From: Laetmonice hystrix
Taxonomy: Eukaryota
Length of the DNA stretch: 60,000 nt
Direction of reading: 5' to 3'
NCBI GenBank assembly: GCA_965235115.1
Contig: OZ249436.1
Span: forward strand, 34,660,001-34,720,000
Shown: positions 12,901-23,089 of the stretch, piece by piece
Position numbering within the stretch: the stretch's first letter is position 1
How the letters are laid out: every line of letters starts with the position of its first letter
Translations under genes and position numbers: made by a program
Notes under the pieces: model-generated
What the model was told of the DNA's origin: nothing
Databases searched by the model: none
The model's input: only the letters and a program-made list of their open reading frames with translations

Positions 12901-15900
12901 GACCTTCCTGCTCTCATTCTTCCAGTCTGTTATAGTTGTTCAACCGGTCAAGGTAAGTCACTGGACTGGCTCTCGACCTTCCTTCTTTCATTCTTCCAGT
13001 CTGTTAATAGTTGTCCAACCGGTCAAGGTAAGTCACTGGACTAGCTCTCGATCTTCCTGCTCTCATTCTTCCAGTCTGTTATAGTTGTCCAACCGGTCAA
13101 GGTAAGTCACTGGACTGGCTCTCGACCTTCCTTCTTTCATTCTTCCAGTCTGTTATAGTTGTCCAACCGGTCAAGGTAAGTCACTGGACTGGCTCTCGAC
13201 CTTCCTGCTCTCATTCTTCCAGTCTGTTATAGTTGTCCAACCGGTCAAGGTAAGTCACTGGACTGGCTCTCGACCTTTCTTCTCTCATTCTTCCAGTCTG
13301 TTATAGTTGTCCAACCGGTCAAGGTAAGTCGCTGGACTGGCTCTCGACCTTCCTTCTTTTATTCTTCCAGTCTGTTATAGTTGTCCAACCGGTCAAGGTA
13401 AGTCACTGGACTGGCTCTCGACCTTCCTTCTTTCATTCTTCCAGTCTGTTATAGTTGTCCAACCGGTCAAGGTAAGTCACTGGACTGGCTCTCGACCTTC
13501 CTTCTTTCATTCTTCCAGTCTGTTATAGTTGTCCAACCGGTCAAGGTAAGTCGCTGGACTGGCTCTCGACCTTCCTGCTCTCATTCTTCCAGTCTGTTAT
13601 AGTTGTCCAACCGGTCAAGGTAAGTCGCTGGACCGGCTCTCGACCTTCCTTCTTTCATTCTTCCAGTCTGTTATAGTTGTCCAACCGGTCAAGGTAAGTC
13701 ACTGGACTGGCTCTCGACCTTCCTTCTTTCATTCTTCCAGTCTGTTATAGTTGTCCAACCGGTCAAGGTAAGTCACTGGACTGGCTCTCGACCTTCCTGC
13801 TCTCATTCTTCCAGTCTGTTATAGTTGTCCAACCGGTCAAGGTAAGTCACTGGACTGGCTCTCGACCTTCCTTCTTTCATTCTTCCAGTCTGTTATAGTT
13901 GTCCAACCGGTCAAGGTAAGTCGCTGGACTGGCTCTCGACCTTCCTTCTTTCATTCTTCCAGTCTGTTATAGTTGTCCAACCGGTCAAGGTAAATCACTG
14001 GACTGGCTCTCGACCTTCCTTCTCTCATTCTTCCAGTCTGTTATAGTTGTCCAACCGGTCAAGGTAAGTCACTGGACTGGCTCTCGACCTTCCTTCTCTC
14101 ATTCTTCCAGTCTGTTATAGTTGTCCAACCGGTCAAGGTAAGTCACTGGACTGGCTCTCGACCTTCCTTCTTTCATTCTTCCAGTCTGTTATAGTTGTCC
14201 AACCGGTCAAGGTAAGTCACTGGACTGGCTCTCGACCTTCCTTCTCTCATTCTTCCAGTCTGTTATAGTTGTCCAACCGGTCAAGGTAAGTCACTGGACT
14301 GGCTCTCGACCTTCCTTCTTTCATTCTTCCAGTCTGTTATAGTTGTCCAACCGGTCAAGGTAAGTCACTGGACTGGCTCTCGACCTTCCTTCTCTCATTC
14401 TTCCAGTCTGTTATAGTTGTCCAACCGGTCAAGGTAAGTCACTGGACTGGCTCTCGACCTTCCTTCTTTCATTCTTCCAGTCTGTTATAGTTGTCCAACC
14501 GGTCAAGGTAAGTCACTGGACTGGCTCTCGACCTTCCTTCTTTCATTCTTCCAGTCTGTTATAGTTGTCCAACCGGTCAAGGTAAGTCACTGGACTGGCT
14601 CTCGACCTTCCTTCTTTCATTCTTCCAGTCTGTTATAGTTGTCCAACCGGTCAAGGTAAGTCGGTTCACGCAGGGTCTCAACAATCACTGAACTATATAC
14701 CTACTAAATGTATGAATTATCCAGAATGCAGAGTGTCGTGGGATATAGCCTATCCTAACCGTGGTGCTATCATGTTTCCGTTTAGGTCCTCCTTTTGGCG
14801 GCCTTCATTTCTTGCGTACTACGTAAACCCGATATTGATGACGAAGAAGCCGATTTCGATGAAAACAACGCTGGACCTGCGGTCGACGATAACGTCCTCA
14901 ACCGTTCGTCCAAGGATCTGCAAGGTGTCTTACCAAGCGGAATTAAAATAATTCAAAGCTCTATAATTGGGTTTTTCAAGATTTAATTTACGATGTTATG
15001 TTCCTGCGGCCGGGAGAAAAGTAGGATAAACACTTTATATTGTAGTGAATTCCCATCGACATATAGAGTAATGAGGCCCTTCTTCAAGGTGCTGAAGTTG
15101 TTCAAATCTGGTTTGAAAGTGGAAATGGCATAAATCTGCTAACTCGTTACTTTTACATATAAGTTTATCAGAAGCTCACGTCGTATAGGAGTTGTTATCT
15201 CATCCCTTCTGGTTTTCTACCATGTGAACGGTCGGATGCTACTCACGCTAACTAAAACAAAGCTAAAACAAAATTGAGCTATAAAACCATTTGACCATTT
15301 TATCTTACAATGACGTGTTTTATCATCTTTCACTAGCTCTGATGATGCAACGTAAGATGGCCCAGCAGACCCTACAACCGCCCGATATGGCTGCCCTGGA
15401 GACTTCGCGAAAACTACGCATGCAAGAAATGCAGATGGAAGCCGTGCTCAAAGAGTGTATCATCTACTTCTTCTTTGTGATGGTACTCTTCTTCATATCC
15501 TACCAGGCTAGGGACACCGACTCCTTCATCTACGCGCAGAATATCAAGAATACGTTCTTCATCAACACGCCTGCTTTATCAACGGTAGGAGCATGGTGTA
15601 ATAACATGGGAATGATAATATGGTTGGATTCCATTGTATAAACCCTCCACCAGCCTGAGGTTACCTTGGGAATGAGATGTCACTAATGAGGAACTACCTA
15701 TGGTTGAAGTAGTTGACAAAACTAAGAGTGGTAAATTTGTGGGTAATCATACAGATATTGTGTATAGAATCATGACATGTCTCATGCAGACTATGAAAAA
15801 TTTTATTTTATTTAACGCAACCATGAATACACCACAGTTATATATTAGGTGTTTGCTAAAATTTCGAGATGTTGACAATTTAATTATTTTAAAACCCTCG

Positions 15901-18900
15901 TGTGATATTATTTCTTCCCTTCCAGGTGATCTCCCCTGCGACGTTCTGGGCCTACATGCATAAGACACTCCTACCCAACCTCTACTCCGGCCCGTGGTAC
16001 AATGGTAAAGAACTCGACTGGAGAGAACGGCTACAGATCGACGATCGAAACACAATCCGGGTTGGAGTGGCGAGACTTAGACAACAACGGATCAAGGAGG
16101 GTAAGATATCTAAAACTCGAGTGGGAATCTTTGTTAAATAGATTTTACAAAATGTCATGTTGCTGCATTTCTCTGCTTTACTTAATTACTGGTAGTTGCG
16201 AGAAAATGAGAATCAGTTGGTGTACCGGTAAGAAGCAGGAAACCTGGTACTTGACATCCTATCCCTCTTCACCCCCTGAAAAGGGAGAGATTTTATAAGG
16301 GGCCTAAGTATTGTTTTTCGAATCTTCGGAGTGGTCTCTTAAAATAGCTTTCCAGCTGTCCGGATTGGACATCTGTCCACAGTCGTACTTTCTGCATGCG
16401 CATATGTTCAACCAATCTGGCCCTGGCTAAACCAAATGGGCCCTGGCTAAATCAAAAGTATACAAATGCATCCCGTGCATTAATGTCCCCACGCCATTTT
16501 AAATAATAAAAACCTTGGCTGTTGAGTCTGACGAGTTCAAAGATTACCCACGCTTGATGCGATCCGATCCGTTCCGAGCCGATCCGATACGATCCGATCC
16601 GATACGAGCCGAGCCGAGCCGAGCCGAGCCGAGCCGATACGATCCGATACGATCCGATGCCCCTGCAGTATAATTCAATGTGAGGTTGATGTTTGTCGCA
16701 GACACTTGTGTCGTGAGGGAGGAGTTTGAGCCAATCATCCACCATTGTCGGGACCACTACAGCTGGTCGGACGATGACACACGGGACTACCTACGGGGTT
16801 GGGAGATTCCCACCTCTGACAACATCAGACGGCAGGGTATCGAGGCCTGCTACATGGATGACTTAGATGACGACAATATGACGTCACTACATGACCAGGA
16901 GAGTCCTTGGGTGTATCGGACTTCGGTGGAACTCAAGAACGCACCTTACCCTGGCCAGCTGACCATGTATAAAGGTAGGCTGCCAGATTTCAGAACACAC
17001 CTTACCCTGGCCAGCTGACCATGTATAAAGATAGGCTGCCAGATTTCAGAACGCACCTTACCCTGGCCAGCTGACCATGTATAAAGGTAAGCTGCCAAAT
17101 TTCAGAATGCGCCTTACCCTGGCCAGCTGACCATGTATAAAGGTAGGCTGCCAGATTTCAGAACGCACCTTACCCTGGCCAGCTGACCATGTATAAAGGT
17201 AGGCTGCCAGATTTCAGAACGCACCTTACCCTGGTCAGCTGACCATGTATAAAGGTAGGCTGCCAGATTTCAGAATGCGCCTTACCCTGGCCAGCTGACC
17301 ATGTATAAAGGTAGGCTGCCAGATTTCAGAGCGCACCTTACCCTGGCAAGCTGACCATGTATAAAGGTAGGCTGCCAGATTTCAGAGCGCACCTTACCCT
17401 GGCCAGCTGACCATGTATAAAGGTAGGCTGCCAGATGTCTGAAGCGAGCGTCACAGGATGTCCTTCGTGCCGCATACTTACATTATGTGAAATGTTTCCT
17501 TATGAGAAAGTTGGTTTATGCTCCCCCGGGTATTTTCTCCCGTGATTCTATGTACAAGGGTGAGATTATTTCTACAGCCATATCCTAGGGGGGGGGGGTG
17601 GTAACTTGTAAATCCCCGGATCTCCAAATGTCCTGGGGGATGGTAAAACCGTTGAACCCCAAAAAGGTGTTGCTTTTGTGTACCTGTATCCTTCTTGTAA
17701 AAAAATATTAATGAATTTATTGACCAAAGGTGGCGGGTACACGTTCACGTTCAAGCGAGCTGTCGAACACACGGAACGGTTGTTGAAGGAACTAGAGGAG
17801 TATGATTGGTTGGGTGTGCGCACACGGTCAATCTTCATCGAGTTCACTTTGTATAACGCTAACATCAACCTGTTCGGATCTGTCATCATGCTGGTCGAGT
17901 TCATGGCAACCGGCTCGGCCATCTCTAAGGGAGTTGTAAAGGTGAGCTATCTATGCATGCAGTGCACATAAAATGTAAACTTCTTAAATAACCATTTTAT
18001 ATTTGAGATAATTTAGTTATATTTTACTCACGGTCGTAGATGGGTGATTTGGGTCATCCTTTTCAGAAATCTTCAAATTTGAAAGGTCACTGTCGCCATT
18101 TTCGGACTTTAAGAAAATAATTTCTTATGTTGGCTGTTTTTGGCGTCCAGTGTCTCCACCTAATCATATTATAATCATACTATGTTATAATTCTAATAGA
18201 ATCTGTCCCTGTGGCGATTCCTATTCATTAAAATATATTATAGCCGTATCATATCATTGATCCACACGCAGCAAGAATGGACAATATCGAGGTGGATGCC
18301 GCTTTGCACCAATAACTCGATTCCCTTACTTTTCCCCTTGCAGGTATTCAGGTTATCGAGTTATGTCGGCGGTTGGGGAGTCGTGGTCATTATCTTTGAA
18401 CTTACCTTCCTCTGCTTCATCGTCTACTTCTTACAAAATATTCTACGCAGAATCAAGAAGGAGCGACTCAAGTTCTTCGGTGAATTCTGGAATGTATTGG
18501 AATTCGCCATGCTGATATTTGCTCTGGTTTCAATCGTCATGTACGCCATGAAGAAAGTGTTTGGCACCGTTGCTATAAATACATTACATGAAAGTGAATC
18601 AGGTATGTGGAATTTCTTTGGGGTGAAACTTTGGATTCCCATGGGGGGCGCTATGTCCAGCAGATGAGAGTTAAAAATGTTGTGCCACCAAAAGAAAAAA
18701 AAAATTCTTGTTTGGTTGTAAAATGAAAAAAAAAAAACGTTTGAAAGCAAAATCATATCAACAAAATAATTTCTTTTTCGTTTTAAAGGCTGCTCATATC
18801 ATTCATCCACATGTATGGACGTAGTTAATTCCTAAGCCATGCAGTGACGAAATTCTCAATTAGTTTCGGTGAATTTTGTACATGATCATTTACGACCTCT

Positions 18901-19493
18901 TACCTGCATTAAGTTATGTTCTACACAATAGGATAAACATCAAAATTATTGTTCATCTTTCTCGGATTCCAGGAGACTACGTGAACTTCGTCACCATTTC
19001 TATCTGGGACGAGCTCTTCGGCTTCATCCTTGCGCTGGTCGTCTTCTGCGCCACGGTCAAGTTCATCAAAATGCTTAAATTCAACAAACGTATGAGCATG
19101 CTGGGCGACACCATCAAGATTGCTACGAGAGATCTCCGTAATTTCTCTATCGTCTTCTTCATCTACTTCTTTGCTTTCTGCATGATGGCCTATGTGCTCT
19201 ACGGCAAGCAGTTAGCGAGTTACGGCACATTCGCCGGTTGCGCGGAGACTTTGTTTGCGTTTGCTTTGGGCGACTTCGACTTCTACGAAATGCAAGACGT
19301 ACAGCCGATCCTCGGACCTCTGTTTTTCTTCCTCTTCGTCATCATTATCTACATAGCCATGATGGGCATGTTCCTGACCATCATCTACGACTCGTTCGCA
19401 GAGGTGAAGAGAAATGCGGAACACCAGTCCAACGATTATGAAATCGTCGATTTCATATGGAAACGGTTCAAAGGGGTGTTTGGTTGGAGCTAA
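870..19493 (+). CDS. Polycystin-1 family (PKD1-like / PKD1L2-like) receptor-ion channel protein, multi-exon, 5' end probably incomplete
   Basis: Hand-traced GT-AG exons, all phase-compatible: 870-3916, 4191-4361, 4643-4774, 4943-5036, 5265-5519, 6061-6326, 6729-6873, 7012-7079, 7414-7558, 7833-7987, 8262-8439, 8575-8702, 9079-9306, 9565-9735, 10106-10266, 10836-10952, 11330-11657, 12070-12289, 12517-12656, 14786-14924, 15337-15584, 15926-16100, 16702-16974, 17730-17941, 18344-18602, 18973-19493 (TAA). Total 7976 nt, ~2657 aa. Hallmarks: PKD repeats (DFGDG/DYGDG..HTY..G.Y), GPS HLTSF, PLAT (WHDNTG, FLCDRWLAVEEDDG), HLW.S...RP.RSNFTRVQRLSCC, LRQ.R, GGGY, W....TR.IFIEFTLYN.N.NLF, 6-TM channel. 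Confidence 0.95.
5709..6041 (+). mobile_element. 5'-truncated copy of the TTAA-flanked non-autonomous DNA transposon at 30779-31309
   Basis: Colinear and highly similar to 30981-31313; ends CATAATATGCCCCT|TTAA. Confidence 0.85.
8575..9306 (+). CDS. GPS (GAIN) autoproteolysis motif and TM1 exons of PKD1-like gene
   Basis: Exons 8575-8702 and 9079-9306 join to CRFWDNEKDRFSTEGMTVGNCTTPQRVQCFTSHL/TSFGGDFAVPPNTINF, followed by hydrophobic TM1 and WARRMDKRD. Confidence 0.92.
9565..10952 (+). CDS. PLAT/LH2 domain exons of PKD1-like gene
   Basis: Exons 9565-9735, 10106-10266 and 10836-10952: YQITMNTG...SGTTSKV...LGPLTYLRVWHDNTG..SWFLGQVQVVDLQTGEKFFFLCDRWLAVEEDDG. Confidence 0.92.
10275..10422 (+). 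repeat. 50-bp intronic tandem repeat, ~3 copies
   Basis: CTCACAGAACACAGCATTCCATGCAATGTAAATGTTCTGSTCTGTTCCTG at 10275, 10325 and 10375. Confidence 0.93.
12585..14663 (+). repeat. 74-bp tandem array built from exon 3' end + splice donor (27 extra copies, 28 donor positions)
   Basis: Unit GTAAGTCRCTGGACTGGCTCTCGACCTTCCTTCTYTCATTCTTCCAGTCTGTTATAGTTGTCCAACCGGTCAAG. Donors run from 12657 to 14656 at 74-bp spacing (+1 insertion near 13005). The first copy is the coding end of exon 12517-12656. Confidence 0.97.
15337..19493 (+). CDS. Polycystin cation-channel domain (S1-TOP-S6) exons of PKD1-like gene
   Basis: Exons 15337-15584, 15926-16100, 16702-16974, 17730-17941, 18344-18602 and 18973-19493. 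Motifs RLRQQR, YKGGGY, IFIEFTLYNANINLF, FWNVLE, KFIKMLKFN, ALGDFDF, LGPLFF..MFLTIIYDSF. Confidence 0.93.
16560..16658. repeat. Pentanucleotide microsatellite (CCGAT/CCGAG)n
   Basis: Directly visible; produces the spurious RIGS/ARLGS ORFs. Confidence 0.9.
16936..17436 (+). repeat. 56-bp tandem array of exon 3' end + splice donor (8 extra copies, 9 donor positions)
   Basis: Unit GTAGGCTGCCAGATTTCAGAACGCACCTTACCCTGGCCAGCTGACCATGTATAAAG. Donor positions 16975, 17031 (mutated to AT), 17087 ... 17423. Confidence 0.96.
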
Positions 19494-21091
19494 GTACTCG
19501 ATCCCTGATGGCGAGAGGCGGAGACAGAGAGAGTGGGGAAGGGGCAGACGGATGGCCGTGACGCGTGTATTAAATGGACTCGTTGAAAGAAAACTAAAAT
19601 TTAGGAAATGGTCTCGGTATGGCACAAAATCAGCTAGCAGCTAGAGTATAAGGCGTAGGAGGGGGGGGGGGGGTTGGTAGTGTTGTGGATGAGGTGTGGA
19701 ATGAGGGAACTTATCCGTAACTGTATACATTATTGTCTAAAGGTCTTTTATGTGGCATTAATAATAGAATCTTACACTGACAGTGGTAGATGCAAAGCAG
19801 CATAGTGTGTTTTGAAACATTGCGTAATTTTGACATTCCAAAGGTCATATGTCAGAGCATTTCTTTTATATGAAAAAGCTAGTAGTTTAGAAACTTGACA
19901 ATTTTCCCTTGAGTTCACTGGACGGTATGGAGTCTACTCTGTGATTGCTTTCCATGGACGAGACTTGTAAACTAAATGCAGGATGCCATGCTAGAACTAT
20001 CTTACAACTTCTCAGATGTTGGAGACAGGGCAATTTATATTGATAAACTGTTTTGTATTCTCGTCTTTTCTTAGACATGTACATTTCTGAAAACAAATTA
20101 AATCGTTGATTTCCTGTCGTTTTCTATGTATTAAATCTAGAGGAAAAAAGCCGGATTTTACCAAAGGTATCTGTGATAATAATGGTATGGTGTGTTAGAT
20201 TAGCAGCAATAGTCACATGCCTGTCACCTTAGTAAATACTTGTTCAACTTCTGTGATCGTTCACCATAACTTCGTACGTAGACATCCTCTTGCTATTAGA
20301 CGAACGCGTCATCAAATGTTATTACTTAGATTTCTTTATGATGTAGCCCTCCGTTACGACTTTCAGTCTCCGATTAGCCCATGTCATTAGATTATAGCAC
20401 CGTGTTGTAAGGATTTGCTCGCCACGTGACAGTCTAGACTAAAACAATGACACAAGCCCGAAAAGGACTGAAGAGGTAAAAAAAAACGTGTTTAGTCATA
20501 TTTGCCATTATCTTACAATGGCTTCCTTGTAAATGCCACTAGAGATTTCAACTCAAGTTATCGAAATAAAGATTTTCTCCGCACAATAATGGTCACGTAT
20601 TTCCATATCTTTCACACCCACGCCATCATTTTAACACTCCCTTCCCAGCATGTAAGACTACATAAATACGTTTTTTTTAGAGAATGTAATTTTATAATTC
20701 CCGTATTAATGTTTTCGATAAGTGAAGGTTCGGCACGAGTGAGCGATTTTTAAACGATAGATAAAAGGACTTTATCTCCACTGTGGACGGGTATTTCATG
20801 CAGCTACAACTTTCAGAATGTCCCGAAAGAGAAAATAATATTATTGTAGAAGTGAATTGGGGGTGTTATGCCCTCCCGGCAGTATTTCAGACAGGTAGGG
20901 TGATTTTTTAAACAATTTAACTCGGTCAAAGGACCCATTGTCCCAAGTCCCAGTCCCAAAGGGTGATGAGGATAAACTCTGATTAGGAAAGCAACCGGAA
21001 TGTTATTCCCTGCTCGTTTGGAAAAAAATGGAAGGGTTCTTTTAAAAGTCAACCCCTACAAACAGGGCTGGCTATACAAAAAATATTATAA

Positions 21092-21244
21092 CCGTTTCAC
21101 TAACGAAAGACGTCTTTAGCAAAGATGTCTTTGGAAAGACGTCTTTGCGGGGCCAATGTTAAAGTATAGGAACACCCGTCGCCGCAAAGACCTCTTTGGG
21201 CTCAGCGACCATTTCAAGGACGTCTTTCGGGCTTAGTGGAACGG
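21092..21244. mobile_element. Palindromic MITE
   Basis: Terminal inverted repeats CCGTTTCACTAA / TTAGTGGAACGG and internal AAAGACGTCTTT palindromes. Similar TIR to the mini element at 55567-55622. Confidence 0.65.
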
Positions 21245-21865
21245 ACAGGCCTAGGAGGGCCAGTGGCAAAATGGGGATACTGAAAGTTTTCTGGGCTATT
21301 AACATAATACATGTCTAGTTCAACGATATCGAGTGCGTTTCTTTTTATTATAAGAATTAACATGTACACTATTCAATGATTTTGCGCTTAGTAGTAATAA
21401 TTCAAATTTATCTTTTTTAATAAAAATGTTAATTCAGTCTCATTTTTATCCTCTTCTGTCACATCAGCTGTCTTACGGTATCGTTTGTATATGTATTGCT
21501 AAAGATAACCTCAATATAACCTCCTCCGAGTATTTCTGCTATCGCTTGTTGTTGAGTCTGTTGATGCATTGGCCAGGCTCAAGGACATGCTTGAAATGTC
21601 CTGATTCTGTCTCTGAAAACAAGCAGAAAGTTATTATTGGCGGAAAGCTTCGCCCATAATCCAAAGAACGGATCATATTAAAAAAATATCCCCCAAAATT
21701 AAAGGTTTACATCCTGGTGATCCATTTTCCCCATATCATAACCCAAAAAAAATAGGAGGGGGAGTGACAGGCCTCAGTATCATAAGTCTATTCATAAGAT
21801 GGGTCTTCCCAACAGGCAATGGTTGGTGTCCTTTTTTACTATTACCTATAATTAGAACCCATTAT

Positions 21866-22810
21866 TCATACCCTGATTCTATCTTTCCTCCTCTCCTTTC
21901 CTGCATCTTTCTGGTTATCGTGTAATCGGTCTAGTTCATTTGGAGCCAACCCTGCTCCGGACCCCGTGATTTGTAACATGCGTTCAGCTAGCTGTCTGCG
22001 CCGCTTGGCCCGCCGTTCTCGGACCGCCATCACGGCTGCACGCTGTCTTTCCTTATGCTTCTCATACTTGGCCTCCATTTCTTCAACAGTAGCACATAGT
22101 CCAAGGGGTTTAGATCCAGGTTTGGAAGAAAAAAGATATTCCACATTAAAGTCCGGCACGTTTCTCATCTTCGGAATAGGCGTCGCCCCGCGGGTCCCTA
22201 TTAGATTCCTACTTGACCCTCTAGGCCTAGGGTGGGCCCTTTTGGACTCCCGGCCAACTTTGGCGATGCGACGGCGACCCGCAGCGATGCCGACTTCTTC
22301 CTGTCGCAGTTCCTCTAGTCGCGCTATCTTTTCACTGCTCAGCTGCGGGATTTGGGGTACAACATTGCCGACAGTAAATCCCTGCCTCCCAAGATCACCC
22401 AGTGTTTCTTCTTCTTTTCCATGATGGCGTTGGCGGTTGATCAAAAACCTCGGCAACGCGGGCAATCTTAACGCTGAATGCGCTCGGGTTGTCCTCCCTC
22501 CAAGTCCAAGGCTAAGCGGTTCTCGTACTGGCAAGAAAGCTATCCCACATCTTTCAGTGAAGGTTGAATCGGAAGGTAGACATCCCTTTTGGGGGGAAGT
22601 AGACGGACGTAACGATTTTTGGAGACATTTTGATTCTAAAATGGCAGGCCTACTGCTATCTGGAGAAGGGGTACGCGGTCTGGGTGAAGATATCACACTG
22701 GAGGTGGATGTAGGGGAGCAGGCCAAATCAAGCTCACACGAGCCTGACGAGGCAGGTGGAGAATATAGCATTTCTTCATCTATTCCAGAGTCGCCCCCAT
22801 GTGAATCCAT
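21866..22810 (-). CDS. Uncharacterised 314-aa protein, Ser/Pro-rich N-terminus, basic coiled-coil C-terminus (apparently single coding exon)
   Basis: 945-nt ATG-started ORF, GC-richer than its flanks; charged helix EEMEAKYEKHKERQRAAVMAVRERRAKRRRQLAERM; motif-rich promoter-like region immediately upstream. Confidence 0.6.
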   Translation of the reverse strand: MDSHGGDSGIDEEMLYSPPASSGSCELDLACSPTSTSSVISSPRPRTPSPDSSRPAILESKCLQKSLRPSTSPQKGCLPSDSTFTERCGIAFLPVREPLSLGLGGRTTRAHSALRLPALPRFLINRQRHHGKEEETLGDLGRQGFTVGNVVPQIPQLSSEKIARLEELRQEEVGIAAGRRRIAKVGRESKRAHPRPRGSSRNLIGTRGATPIPKMRNVPDFNVEYLFSSKPGSKPLGLCATVEEMEAKYEKHKERQRAAVMAVRERRAKRRRQLAERMLQITGSGAGLAPNELDRLHDNQKDAGKERRKDRIRV

Positions 22811-22947
22811 CCTTGAATATTTTGTCAGAACCGCAGCCTATGCATGTATTACGAGTGCCACGACAAGAGGCCACGAATCCCTTCCTACGCCATGGGTTCC
22901 CGGGGGTAGACTTCCCGACTTTGTTTACAGGTTTTATAGCTCGTTGA

Positions 22948-23089
22948 GTCTCTAGGCAACTTTATTCGTAATAATGTTTAATCGACGTCACAAAGTCATT
23001 ATGACGTCACTACTATACATGACGTTATTGACAGAAAGTGACGTATTGCTTACCGCTATTGTGACGCACTTTCTAGGTCTATGACGTCA
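22948..23089. promoter_or_regulatory. Putative promoter of the 22810 (-) ORF: RFX X-box-like site and CRE cluster
   Basis: GTCTCTAGGCAAC at 22948-22960; perfect TGACGTCA at 23002 and 23082; near-CRE/half sites at 22983, 23019, 23039, 23062. Confidence 0.5.

Noticed and set aside
12585..14663. CRISPR array
   Set aside because: Units are contiguous near-identical copies with no unique spacers, no cas genes, and a eukaryotic intron context; the unit derives from the host exon.
16452..16757. RIGS/ARLGS repeat ORFs
   Set aside because: Translation of the pentamer microsatellite, antisense to the PKD gene.
21966..22955. Plus-strand ORFs of 152 and 172 aa
   Set aside because: Antisense shadows of the 314-aa minus ORF; no independent features.
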